The notes under the pieces: model-generated
Told to the model about the DNA's origin: nothing
Seen by the model: only the letters and a program-made list of their open reading frames with translations
The model's database searches: none
Assembly (NCBI GenBank): GCA_963823035.1
Contig: CAWGKG010000020.1
Location: 96,001 to 160,000, forward strand
Origin: an uncultured Gemmatimonadales bacterium
GTDB taxonomy: Bacteria > Gemmatimonadota > Gemmatimonadetes > Longimicrobiales > Gaopeijiaceae
Reading direction: 5' to 3'
DNA length: 64,000 bases
Shown here: positions 1-12,173 of the stretch, piece after piece
How positions within the stretch are numbered: the first letter of the stretch is position 1
Layout of the letters: every line of letters starts with the position of its first letter
Made by a program: the position numbers and the translations under genes

Positions 1-2
1 TG

Positions 3-107
3 ACGCCCGAGTCGGTCGACCGCGTCCTCGAGGATCTGGGCGCGCGAACCGAGGCGGGGCCGCCCGTCTGGAACGACGTGGCCGTCGAGCAGGAGGTGGG
101 CGCATGA
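3..107 (+). CDS. 3' end of upstream gene, probably 2-oxoacid:ferredoxin oxidoreductase alpha subunit (partial)
   Basis: Open frame TPESVDRVLEDLG...EQEVGA* whose TGA overlaps the next ATG (ATGA). Identity inferred only from the adjacent beta subunit. Confidence 0.5.
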   Translation, partial: TPESVDRVLEDLGARTEAGPPVWNDVAVEQEVGA

Positions 108-1032
108 GCACGGTGATCGAGGGGCGCGCGAACGGCGGGGTCTTCACCACCATGCCGGAGATCCCCTGCTCGGAGGAGTGCCTGCTCCGGGCGGGCAACA
201 CCAACTGCGGCGGGTGCGGCATGAGCATCGCGTTGACGATGCTGTCGCGCGCGCTGGCCGAGGCGGGCGACACCTGCTCGCTGGCGATTCCCGCCTGTTG
301 CGGCGCGGTGACCGCGGGCGCGTTCCCGACCACGAGCTACGGCGTGCCCACGGTCATGACCACGTTCGCGTCGGCCGCGGCGGTGGCCTCCGGGATGGCC
401 GCGATCCGCGACCTGAACGGGGAGCGCGGGCAGGTGGTGTGCTGGGCGGGTGACGGCGGCACGTACGACATCGGTCTGGCCACCGTGTCCGCCGCCGCCG
501 AGCGGAACGAGGACATCGTCTACGTCTGCTACGACAACGAGATCTACGGCAACACGGGCGGGCAGCGCTCGTCGGCCACCCCGCCGGGTGCGCGCACCAC
601 CACGACCCCGAAGGGCAAGCGCGAGGCGAAGAAGGACATGGTGGCGATCATGGCGGCGCATGGCATTCCCTACGCCGCCACGCTGTCGATCGCGCACCCG
701 ATGGACTTCCGCCGAAAGCTCCTGACCGCCTTCGAGACGCCGGGGATGAAGTTCCTCCTCATCCACTCCCCCTGTCCGACGGGATGGAAGTCCGATCCCG
801 CCGACTCGGTGGAGCTCGTGCGTCTGGCCGTGCGGTCCGGGCTCTTCCCGCTGTACGAGGTGTTCGACGGCCGGCGTTACCGGATCAACGCGCAGCCCGA
901 CTGGGCGGATCCGATGGAGTACTTCCGCCGCCAGCGTCGCTTCCGTGAGGAGGAGATCGACCTGGCCGCGACCCGCCGCGTCTGCCGCGAGCGGTACGAG
1001 CGTCTGGCCCATATGGCGGAGGTGTTCCCGGC

Positions 1033-1036
<4 letters not shown>
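104..1036 (+). CDS. porB: 2-oxoacid (pyruvate-type):ferredoxin oxidoreductase beta subunit, TPP-binding
   Basis: CGGCG, CC, GDGG..DIG, YDNEIYGNTGGQRS and SPCPTGW motifs typical of PorB. Confidence 0.85.
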
Positions 1037-3006
<1,970 letters not shown>

Positions 3007-3124
3007 CCGCATCGGGCGGCGGCACGGACCCTGCGGGGGGGTGAGGCGTACGCGCTGACGGTCCTCCCCGGTCGGGAGGGCGGGGGCGGCGCCCCCGATC
3101 GCCACCCACTTCCCCGGATCCACC

Positions 3125-3946
3125 ATGCCCGATCTCGACACCCTGATCAGCCTGATCACGACCACCGTGGCCACCTGGCTTCCGCGGATCGCAGGTGCCC
3201 TGGCCGTCCTCCTGGTCGGCTGGCTGATGGCGAACTGGGCCAAGGCGATCGTCCGCAGGACGATGGCTCGCGCGAACGTCGACGAGACGCTCGTACCGTT
3301 CGCTGCGAGCGTGGTCCACGTGGGCCTCATCGCGCTGGTCGGGATCGCCGCGATCTCCACGCTGGGGGTGCCCGTCGGCTCGTTCGTCGCCGTTCTCGGC
3401 GCCGCCGGCCTCGCGGTCGCCCTGGCGTTCCAGGGCACCTTCTCGAACTTCGCGGCCGGCGTGATGCTCCTCACCTTCCGGCCCTTCAAGCCCGGAGACT
3501 ACGTGGACATCGCCGGCACGGCCGGGACGGTGAAGGAGATCGGCATCTTCACCTGCCTGATGGCCACGCCCGACAACGTCCAGATCCTCGTGCCCAACTC
3601 CGACGTGTTCGGCCAGACCATCAAGAACTACTCGGCCAACGACACGCGCCGCATCGACCTGGTGGTCGGCGTGGGCTACGACGACGACCTGGGCGTCGCC
3701 GTACGCACGTGCATGGACGTGATCACCGCGGACGCGCGCGTCCTCGCCGATCCCGCACCCACCGTGGCCGTGAGCGAGCTGGGCGACTCCTCGGTCAACA
3801 TGGTCGTGCGCCCGTGGGTGAACGCGGGCGACTACTGGGCCACGCGCTGGGACCTGACGCGCGCGCTCAAGGAGAACCTCGAGGCCGCGGGCTGCTCGAT
3901 CCCGTACCCGCAGCGAGACGTGCACCTCTTCCAGGAGGCGAGCTGA
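3125..3946 (+). CDS. mscS: Small-conductance mechanosensitive channel
   Basis: GAAGLAVALAFQGTFSNFAAG, RPFKPGD, VPNS, LGDSSVN and IPYPQRDVHL motifs. Confidence 0.93.
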   Translation: MPDLDTLISLITTTVATWLPRIAGALAVLLVGWLMANWAKAIVRRTMARANVDETLVPFAASVVHVGLIALVGIAAISTLGVPVGSFVAVLGAAGLAVALAFQGTFSNFAAGVMLLTFRPFKPGDYVDIAGTAGTVKEIGIFTCLMATPDNVQILVPNSDVFGQTIKNYSANDTRRIDLVVGVGYDDDLGVAVRTCMDVITADARVLADPAPTVAVSELGDSSVNMVVRPWVNAGDYWATRWDLTRALKENLEAAGCSIPYPQRDVHLFQEAS

Positions 3947-3974
3947 GAGATCGGGCGCCGACGCGCCGGACCCG

Positions 3975-6586
3975 TCAGTCGGCGCGCATCGCCTCGACGG
4001 GGTCCGTGCGTGCGGCTCGCGTCGCGGGTACCACCATGGCCAGCAGCGTACACGCAGCCAGCAGGGCGGTCGCGGCCAGGAAGGCGATGGGATGCGCACC
4101 GTCGAGGCCGACGATCCCGGCCTTCAGCAAGCGCAGCCCCGTCCACGCCAGGCCGCCACCCGTGACGAGACCGAGCAGGAGCGTGACGACGCCCCCTCGC
4201 AGCGCGAGCGCGAAGATCGAGCGGCGCTCCGCGCCCAGGCTGATGCGGATGCCGAACTCCCGCACCCGGCGCACGGCGAGTTGGGCGGCCACGCCGTACA
4301 GGCCAACGGCCGCGAGGAGGGCGGCCGTGACGGCGAACGCGGCGAGCAGGACCCCGATCATGCGCTCGCGGGCCACCGCGTCGTGGTAGCCGTCCGCGAC
4401 GGTGGCCATCTTCAGCACGGGGACCTCGGCGTCCACGGAGCGCACGGCCTCGCGAACGCTTCCGGCCACCGCGGAGGGGTCTTCCGTGCGAATCATCACC
4501 ACCCTACCGCCTCCCCGATCCCGTAGCACGTACATCTGGCCGTATCCCGGGTCCGTCGGGCCACCGCGCCCAGATGTCGCGCGCCACACCGACCACGTGC
4601 ATCCACGGCCCGGTCTCGCCCATGCGGAAGCGTCCACCCACGGCGCCCCCGTCGGGGAAGTACTTCTTCGCGGACGACTCCCCGAGGATCATGGGCTCGG
4701 GGTCGGCTCCGACGTCGTCCTCCACGAAGGGTCTCCCCTCGACGACCGACTGGCCGACCGCGGAGAAGTAGCCGGGGTCGACCGAGTTCCCGAAGAGGGG
4801 GATCGCCTTCCCGGCGTCCTCCGTGGGAGGCTGACCCTCGGCGCTCGCCGCGCCGAAGAAGATCCCCGCGGTGGGTGGCGCGCCCGTGGCGATCGTCACT
4901 GCGCGCACGCCGGGAAGGCTCCTGAGCCGAGCGCTCAGGCGTTCCAGCACGTCTTCTCGGGCGGTCTCGTCGGCGAAGCGCCAGTCCGGAAGGCGAAACG
5001 ACACGGCGAGGAGCTCGTCGGCGGCCAGCCCGGGGTCGCGTTGCCGCAGCCGGTTCAGCTCGGCCGTGATCTGGATGGCACCCGCCAGCAGCGCGAAGGA
5101 GAGCGCGATCTCTCCGACGAGAAGGGCGCGGCGGAGCGCCACCGAGTCGCCGCCGGCCGTGCCGGAGCGCTCCGTGAGGACCGCCCCGGGGCGCGTGCGC
5201 ACGCGGCTGAGCAGAGGGATCATGCCGAAGGCCAGAGCGGTGCCGACCGCCGCCGCCACCGCCGCGATCGTCACGGCGGGGTCGAGGCGGAGGCCGTCCA
5301 GGATGCGCAGGTCCTCCGGCCGGAGGCGGTGTACGACGGAGAGCGTGCCCGCGGCGAGGGCGAGCCCCAGCGCGGAGGAGACGAGCGCCAGGAGCGCGCT
5401 CTCCAGGAGCAGCTCGCGCCCGAGGCGGGCCCGGCCCGCGCCCAGCGCCGCACGCACCGCGGTCTCCCGGCGGCGCAGGTCTCCGCGTGCGAGCAGCAGG
5501 TTGGCCACGTTGATGCAGGCGATGAGGAGGAGCAGCAGCGACGGCCGCGCCGACGGCCTTCAGGGGGCTGCGCAGACGTACGGTGGCGAACTCCTCGACG
5601 GGCATGAGGCGGGTCTGCCACCTGACCGGGCCATCCGTGTCCTCGGCGGCCAGGTCGAGGGCGTGCATGCGCTCCTGCGCCTGCTCGACGGTGAGACCCT
5701 CGCGAATCCGCGCGTAGACCTCCTGGCCCCTCGCCTCGGCCTCGGCCGCCAGGGGAAGCCAGACGTCGACGGCGCGATCCGAAGGGTCCGGGGCGCCCAG
5801 CCCCTGGGGAGCCACGCCGACGACCGTGCGCGCCTCCCCCTCGAGCGTCAGCGTGCGCCCGAGGACGTCGCCATCGCCTCCGAAGGCGCGTCTCCAGTAG
5901 CCCTCGGAGAGCACCACCACCCGCGCGCCGTCGCCGGCGAGGTCGGCAGGAGTGAAGAAGCGCCCGAGCAACGGGGGCAGGCCGGCGAGCCTGGGCAGCT
6001 CCTCGTCGATGTAGGCTCCGCGGAGCATCCGGGGACCCTCGTCCGTCGAGCGCGCGATGTCGCCCCAGCTCACCCCGGCCACCCCGTCGAAGGCGTCCGA
6101 GGTGCGGACGCGATCGCGGGTCTCCGTGTCCGGGCTCAGCATCATCCCGCTGTCCTGCGAGCGCCAGATCATCACGATGCGATCGCTGCCGGGGAAGTCG
6201 ATCGGGCGCAGGATCACCCGGTCGACGAACGCCGCGAAGGTGATCGTGGCGCCCACCCCCAGGGCCAGCGTTCCGGCCGCGAAGGCCGAGAAGCCGGGGC
6301 TGCGCCGAAGGGAGCGAAGCGCGCTCTTCATGTCGTCCCACCACCCGTTGCCACCCATGGCGCCCCCCCTGTTGGATCCCGTCGTCCTCAGCCGCGCTCC
6401 GGTGCGGGCGAGGTCCCACGCCTCTTCGGCCCACGCCAGCGGCACGCGCCATCGCCCGCGCCTGCGCTCGTCACGCAGACGCTCGCGGAACACCCGCTCC
6501 ATCTCCGTCCCGTGCCTTTCCCGCAGGACGCGCGGAAGGAAGAGCCGGAGCAGGCCATGGAGGCGCGAGGGCGCGTCCGGTCGCAC
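3975..6586 (-). CDS. ADOP-type duplicated MacB/FtsX ABC permease #1 (two apparent frameshifts, near 5540 and 4560)
   Basis: Pieces in ORFs 4496..6640, 4504..5508 and 3975..4637: ALRSLRRSPGF, LALGVGA, ANLLLAR..RRRETAVRAALGA, REFGIRISLGA, DPVEAMRAD. Start codon uncertain. Confidence 0.85.
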
Positions 6587-6593
6587 GGGCCGC

Positions 6594-6929
6594 TCACCCG
6601 TCCCGAGCGGGGATGAGACCGTGTCGGCGCGCGTCCGCAAGCAGGCGATCCATCCGCGCGGCCTCGGCCGCCACGGCCGCCCGACCGCCGGCCGTGATCC
6701 GGTAGTATCGACGCCGCGCGTCGTCGTCCCCCGCCGGCCGATCGCTCGACTCCTCGATGAGGCCCCCCTCCATCAGCCTTTGAAGCGCCGCGTAGAGGCT
6801 TCCGGTTCCGGGCACGAGGTGGCCGTCGCTACGCTCCTCGATCTCGCGCATGAGCGCGTATCCGTGGAGGTCCTCCCGGCCGAGCGAGACCAGGATCGCC
6901 ATCGACAGAGGGCGTCAGGGGGGAGTCAT
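6594..6929 (-). CDS. PadR family transcriptional regulator #1 (5' end probably disturbed by indels; intact ORF from 6902)
   Basis: HGYALMREI, GTGSLYAALQRL, RRRYYRIT winged-helix motifs. Confidence 0.9.
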
Positions 6930-6940
6930 GTGGCATCAGG

Positions 6941-6976
6941 ATATTCCGATGAGAACTATAACGATGAACGGAATAT
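6941..6976. promoter_or_regulatory. Putative PadR#1 operator
   Basis: AT-rich inverted repeat ATATTCCG-N20-CGGAATAT immediately upstream of padR#1. Confidence 0.6.
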
Positions 6977-7122
6977 TGGCGGCAGCGTCGGACCACGCAA
7001 CCCGGGCGTTGCGGCCGCGCGACGCTCTTTTCCGTAACCGTCCGCCGGGCCTATACTTGAGGGATGACCTCGATGGCTCCGCGGCGGGGCGCCGCGATCT
7101 ACCTGCGATATCCGGAGTTCCC

Positions 7123-7812
7123 ATGAAGAAGGGCCTGCTCGTCCTCACCGGCGCGGCATTGCTCGCGCTTCCCGTCACGGCCTCGGCCCAGGGCTTCGGC
7201 GTGGCCGCCCGGGCCGGCACGCTCGGGCTCGGTGCGGAGGCCGCGCTCGGCCTTTCCGACAACCTCGTCGTGCGCGGCGGACTCGGCCTCTTTCCGATCG
7301 AGACCGACGCCACGCGATTCTGGGACATCGGCCAGGGCGTGGACGCGACGCTCAAGTTCCCCGACACCTGGTACAACGTCGGACTCGACCTCTACCTGGG
7401 CGGCAGCTTCCGCATCGGCGGGGGGATGCTGTACAAGCCGGACAACCCGACCATCACCGCGACGCTGCAGCCCTCCGGCGAGATCGACATCGGCGGACAG
7501 ACCTATGGGGTGGACGAGGTCTCGGAGGTGGTGGGGTCGCTCTCCACCAAGGCCTCCGCTCCCTACGTGCTGATCGGCTTCGGGAAGCACACGAGCCCGG
7601 GCGTCGGCCTCTTCCTGGACCTGGGTGTCGCGTTCATGGGGGACTCCCAGGTGACGCTCGAGGCCACGAAGGGGAACGAGCTCCTCATCGGCAGCGAGGC
7701 GTTCCAGCAGAGGCTCCGCCAGGAGGAGCAGAACCTGGACGGCGACCTCCCCGCGTGGGCCAAGAAGTACTGGCCGATCGCGAGCATCGGGCTGCGCATC
7801 GGGCTCGGCTAG
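7123..7812 (+). CDS. Exported, probable outer-membrane beta-barrel protein
   Basis: Signal peptide MKKGLLVL...ASA; GTLGLGAE, PYVLIGFG, DLGVAF amphipathic strands; GGAG RBS. Confidence 0.7.
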   Translation: MKKGLLVLTGAALLALPVTASAQGFGVAARAGTLGLGAEAALGLSDNLVVRGGLGLFPIETDATRFWDIGQGVDATLKFPDTWYNVGLDLYLGGSFRIGGGMLYKPDNPTITATLQPSGEIDIGGQTYGVDEVSEVVGSLSTKASAPYVLIGFGKHTSPGVGLFLDLGVAFMGDSQVTLEATKGNELLIGSEAFQQRLRQEEQNLDGDLPAWAKKYWPIASIGLRIGLG

Positions 7813-7825
7813 CCCAGTCGCGGGA

Positions 7826-8230
7826 TCAGTCCTCGAGCACGCCCGCCACGGCGGAGAGGAGCTCGGGGATCTCGAACGGCTTCGCCAGGAAGGGCACGCC
7901 GTCCCGCTCGAGCTCCCGCCGGAAGGAGTCGGGGCTCGAATAGCCCGACATGTACAGCACGGGCGTGTCGGGGCGCCGCGCGAGCAGCGTGTTGGCCGCC
8001 TCCCGTCCCCCGAGTCCCGGGAGCACCAGGTCGCACAGGATGAGGTGGATCGGACCGCTCCGGGACTTCAGGAGATCGAGCGCCTCCATCGCGTTGCCCG
8101 CCTCCACCACGTCGAAGTCGTGGAGTACCAGCGCACGCCGGATCGACGAACGCACACTGTCGTCGTCGTCCAGGATGAGCACGGTTCTCTTGCGGCCGCG
8201 CACCTGGACGGACTCCGTCTCAGCCGTCAT
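7826..8230 (-). CDS. Stand-alone response regulator receiver protein
   Basis: ILDDD, LILCDLVLPGLGG, YMSGY and LAKPF receiver motifs. Confidence 0.88.
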   Translation of the reverse strand: MTAETESVQVRGRKRTVLILDDDDSVRSSIRRALVLHDFDVVEAGNAMEALDLLKSRSGPIHLILCDLVLPGLGGREAANTLLARRPDTPVLYMSGYSSPDSFRRELERDGVPFLAKPFEIPELLSAVAGVLED

Positions 8231-8363
8231 CGTGCCTTCCCGTTCACGGTGGGGGGCGGGATGATCAATAGTGACCCCGCCCGCAGCCCCGCGAAAGCTC
8301 CGGGGGATCGGGACGGCGCGAATCCCCGGCCCGGCGGCCCCCAACCCCTGACCCGAGACCGAC

Positions 8364-9047
8364 ATGAGCGCACCGATGAGCGAGCACCGGTTCACGGCCA
8401 CGAACTCCACCGGTGAGGTGGGGGCGGTACTCATGCGGCCCTCGGCCGCGCGGGCACTCTACGTGTTCGGGCACGGCGCCGGTGCCGGAATGCGCCACAC
8501 CTTCATGGCGGCGGCAGCGGCCGCCCTGGCGGCGCGGGACATCGCGACGCTCCGCTATCACTTCCCCTACATGGAGGCCGGCCGCCGCGGACCGAACCCG
8601 GCCCCGGTGCTGGTCAAGACGGTGCGCTCCGCCGTGGCGGAGGCCGCGCGGCTGGCGCCGGACCTGCCGCTGCTGGCGGGGGGGAAGTCGATGGGTGGCC
8701 GCATGACGAGCACGGCCGCCGCGTCCGAGGCGCTCCCCGGCGTCCGGGGGCTGGCCTTCTTCGGATTCCCCCTCCACGCCGCCGGACGGCCCTCGGCCGA
8801 CAGGGGAGCGCACCTGAAGGACGTCCGGTTGCCGATGCTCTTCCTGCAGGGGACACGCGACAACCTCGCCGACCTCTCCCTTCTCGAGCCGCTGCTCTCC
8901 GAAGTCCGTCCCGCCCCCGAGCTGCACGTGGTCGAGGGCGCCGACCACGGTTTCCACGTCCTCAAGCGCTCCGGGCGGACGGACGTCGAGGTGCTCGAGG
9001 AGCTCGCGGACGCCTTCGCACGCTGGGCGGGCGGTTTGACGGGGTAG
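8364..9047 (+). CDS. Alpha/beta hydrolase (KANL3/Tex30-like)
   Basis: HGAGAGM, GGKSMGG nucleophile elbow, QGTRD, GADHGF. Confidence 0.88.
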   Translation: MSAPMSEHRFTATNSTGEVGAVLMRPSAARALYVFGHGAGAGMRHTFMAAAAAALAARDIATLRYHFPYMEAGRRGPNPAPVLVKTVRSAVAEAARLAPDLPLLAGGKSMGGRMTSTAAASEALPGVRGLAFFGFPLHAAGRPSADRGAHLKDVRLPMLFLQGTRDNLADLSLLEPLLSEVRPAPELHVVEGADHGFHVLKRSGRTDVEVLEELADAFARWAGGLTG

Positions 9048-9053
9048 CGCGAG

Positions 9054-11705
9054 CTACTCGGCCGACAGCGCGCGCACGGGATCGACGCGCGCCGCCCTGC
9101 TTGCCGGGATCCACAGGCCGAGGAAGGAGACGCCAGCGAGGATCAGCGTCACCAGGCCGAAGATCCGTGGATCGCGGGCGCTCACCCCCACGAGGATGCT
9201 GCCCATCAGACGTGCCAGCGCCAGGGCGGCGACCAGCCCGAGCGCCAGCCCCACGGCCGCCCGTCGCCCGCCCTGGGCCACGACCATGCGCACGACGTCC
9301 GCGCGCTCGGCGCCCATCGCGAGGCGCACGCCGATCTCCCCCGTGCGCCGCCCGGCCGCGTAGGCCGTGACGCCGTAGATGCCGACGGCGCCCAGCAGGA
9401 GCGAGAGGAGCGCGAAGGTGGCCATGAGGTTGCCGATCACGGCGAACCCGCCGAGGCGCCGCCGTACGACCGCGGTCATCGTCTCGATCCCGTAGAGGGG
9501 GATCTCCGGGTCCACCGACCAGACCGCGCTCTGGAGCGCGGGCACGATGTCGGTGGGCGCGCCCTTGGTCCGCACCACCAACGAGCGCGTCGCGACCGAT
9601 CGCTGCGAGAGGGAGGCGTAGAGGGACGGCTCCGGGGGGCGGGAAACGCTCCGCTCCAACATGTCGTGGACGATGCCCACGATCGGCACCGGCGTGCCGA
9701 CGGCGCCCACGAGGACCGACTGGGCCAGGGGGTCGGCGCCTTCCGGAAGGTACTGGCGCACGAAGGCCTCGTTGACCACCGCAACCGGAGGCGCGTCCGG
9801 GCCGTCGCCTTCGCGCAGGGGACGACCCTGCACCATGCGGAAGCGGAGCGCGTCGAACAGCCCGGGTGACGCGTAGGTGAGCCGCACGACCCGCCGGGTC
9901 TCGTCCGCGCCCACGATCCGGACCTCGTCGGCCCAGTTCGAGCCCATGAGGGGGTGGCTCTGCGTGCTGCCGACCGCCACCACGCCGGGAAGGGCACGCA
10001 CCCGCCCCTCCACCGCGTCCCAGAAGGCCCGCACCTCGTCGTCGGTGCCGTAGACGGCGTGCGGGGGCGCGATGCGCACCACGAGCACGTTCTCGGGATC
10101 GAAGCCGAAGTCCTGGCTGCGCATCGCCGCCAGGCTCTTCATGAGGAGCCCGCCTCCCACCAGGAGCACCACGGCCAGCGCCGTCTGTGCGACCACCAAC
10201 GTGCCGCCGATCCGGCCCGCGCGCCTGCTCGTCACGGAACGGCCCCCCTCACGCATCGCCTGCACGGCGCTCCCCGACACCCGCAGGGCGGGCACGAGGC
10301 CGAAGACGAGGGCGGAGAGGGCCGTGACGGCGACGACGAACGCGAGGACGGTGCCGTCCATCCCGAAGGTGAACACCGGGGGGATGTTGCTGGGCAGGCC
10401 GGCGACGATGGCGCGGTATCCCCAGACGGCGAGCAGCGTCCCCAGGCCGGCGCCGACCACGGCCAGGACGAGGCTCTCGGTCAGGAGCTGGCGCACCACG
10501 CGGACGCGCCCCGCGCCGAGCGCCGTGCGCACGGCGAGCTCGGTCGACCGCGCCTCACCCCGGGCGAGGAGCAGGTTGGCGACGTTCACGCAGGCCATGA
10601 GCAGCACGAAGAGGACAGCCACCATCAGCACCGCGGACGCTCGGGCGGCCACGTCGCCCACCAGGTCCTGGTGGGTGGACACCAGGCTCACCCCCCAACC
10701 GTGGTTCGTGTCGGGGTGCTCGTTCCCCAACTCCGCGGAGATCGCGTCGACCTCGCGGCGGGCCGCGTCGAGCGTCGCCCCGGGCGCCAGCCGGGCGACG
10801 GCCTTGGCGTAGTGCCCGCCCCGGGCCGACAGGTCGGGGCGCTCCGTGAGCGGGAGGAACGCGTCCGGCTGTTGGTCCAGGAAGCGGAAGTCCGCCGGAA
10901 GCACACCCACCACCGTGAAGGCGTTTCCGTCCAGGGTGAGCTGGGACCCGAGCACGTCGGGGCTCCGGCCGAAGCGCCGCTCCCAGAACCCGTCGGTGAG
11001 CACGGCCACCCGGTGGTCCGCGCCGAAGTCGTCCTCGGCGAAGCCTCGCCCGACCGCAGGCTCGCGGCCCAGGAGATCGAACACGTTGGGGGTGGTACGG
11101 ACCGCCTGGACCAGCTCGGGCTCCCCGGAGCCCGTCATGTTCAGCCCGTCGTCGTAGTAGACCATGGCGTCGGCGAGGGTGTGCGCGCGGGCGCGCAGGT
11201 CCCAGATGTCGGCCGGTCCCACGTCGGTATCGTAGTAACCCAGCTCCGGGTTGACGGCGCTGATCGTGACGAGCTCGTCCGGCGCGTCGTACGGGAGGGG
11301 CGCCAGCACGAACCCCTTCACGACCGTGAACACGGCGGCGTTCGCGCCGATGCCGAGCGCCATCGTCAGGACGGCGGTCGCCGCGAACACCGGCCTCTTC
11401 GCGAACCCGCGCAGCGCGAACCGCACGTCGGCGATGAACGTTCCCATGATCTCGCTCCCTCCCCCGATCCGATGGCTCGATGGGCCCTTCCACCGAAGGG
11501 CCAGCCCATGTCCGAGCGCGTCCGCGACCGCGCCGATCCAGCAGCCCATCCTTCCCACCCGACCCCGACGCGCCGCGTCCCGTCGGAGGAGCGCGAGGAA
11601 GGCCTCCTCCATCTCGGACCCGAAGCGCTCGCGGTGCTCGGCCGGCCAGACACGCAGCAGCAGGCGGTAGGCGCGCCGCGCGCGCCGCTCGTCGCGCACG
11701 GTCAT
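9054..11705 (-). CDS. ADOP-type duplicated ABC permease #2 (intact)
   Basis: Uninterrupted frame; [56 protein letters not shown] overlap with padR#2. Confidence 0.93.
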   Translation of the reverse strand: MTVRDERRARRAYRLLLRVWPAEHRERFGSEMEEAFLALLRRDAARRGRVGRMGCWIGAVADALGHGLALRWKGPSSHRIGGGSEIMGTFIADVRFALRGFAKRPVFAATAVLTMALGIGANAAVFTVVKGFVLAPLPYDAPDELVTISAVNPELGYYDTDVGPADIWDLRARAHTLADAMVYYDDGLNMTGSGEPELVQAVRTTPNVFDLLGREPAVGRGFAEDDFGADHRVAVLTDGFWERRFGRSPDVLGSQLTLDGNAFTVVGVLPADFRFLDQQPDAFLPLTERPDLSARGGHYAKAVARLAPGATLDAARREVDAISAELGNEHPDTNHGWGVSLVSTHQDLVGDVAARASAVLMVAVLFVLLMACVNVANLLLARGEARSTELAVRTALGAGRVRVVRQLLTESLVLAVVGAGLGTLLAVWGYRAIVAGLPSNIPPVFTFGMDGTVLAFVVAVTALSALVFGLVPALRVSGSAVQAMREGGRSVTSRRAGRIGGTLVVAQTALAVVLLVGGGLLMKSLAAMRSQDFGFDPENVLVVRIAPPHAVYGTDDEVRAFWDAVEGRVRALPGVVAVGSTQSHPLMGSNWADEVRIVGADETRRVVRLTYASPGLFDALRFRMVQGRPLREGDGPDAPPVAVVNEAFVRQYLPEGADPLAQSVLVGAVGTPVPIVGIVHDMLERSVSRPPEPSLYASLSQRSVATRSLVVRTKGAPTDIVPALQSAVWSVDPEIPLYGIETMTAVVRRRLGGFAVIGNLMATFALLSLLLGAVGIYGVTAYAAGRRTGEIGVRLAMGAERADVVRMVVAQGGRRAAVGLALGLVAALALARLMGSILVGVSARDPRIFGLVTLILAGVSFLGLWIPASRAARVDPVRALSAE

Positions 11706-12049
11706 ACCTGGCGGGGCTCCCCGCCCACGCGCTTCGCACGCGCCACGCGTACGAACGTGGCCATGCGCTCGACCTCCTCGTGCAGCGCGAGGCGGCCCTC
11801 GCGGGTGATCGCGTAGAACCGTCGCCTGCCTCCCTCCGTCGGCGCGTCCGGGGGCGGGTCCACCTCCTCGACCAGCCCCCGCTCGGCCATCGCGCGGAGG
11901 GAGCCGTAGAGCATCCCCGGCCAGAGGCGGACGGTGCCGTCCGTGCGCTCGAGGACCTCCTCCATGATCGCCGTGCCGTGGAGTGGCGCGTCGGCGACCG
12001 ACAGGAGGATGTGGAACCACTGCGGCTTCAGGCTGTCGCTGTCGGGCAT
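11702..12049 (-). CDS. PadR family transcriptional regulator #2
   Basis: FHILLSV, LHGTAIMEEV, PGMLYGSLRAM, RRRFYAIT. Confidence 0.9.
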   Translation of the reverse strand: MPDSDSLKPQWFHILLSVADAPLHGTAIMEEVLERTDGTVRLWPGMLYGSLRAMAERGLVEEVDPPPDAPTEGGRRRFYAITREGRLALHEEVERMATFVRVARAKRVGGEPRQV

Positions 12050-12095
12050 GCTCTGCCGCCTGGTAGGGGCGCGGGGACGGAGTCGTAGCCTCATC

Positions 12096-12127
12096 GCTAC
12101 GATACGCTATATATACGGAAGCGTAGC
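12096..12127. promoter_or_regulatory. Putative PadR#2 operator
   Basis: GCTACG-N20-CGTAGC with central TATATATA; readable as two tandem degenerate 16-bp palindromes. Confidence 0.6.
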
Positions 12128-12173
12128 AATAAGGGTTTCAGGATCCGGGCCTGCGACGCTACCACCGGGAAGC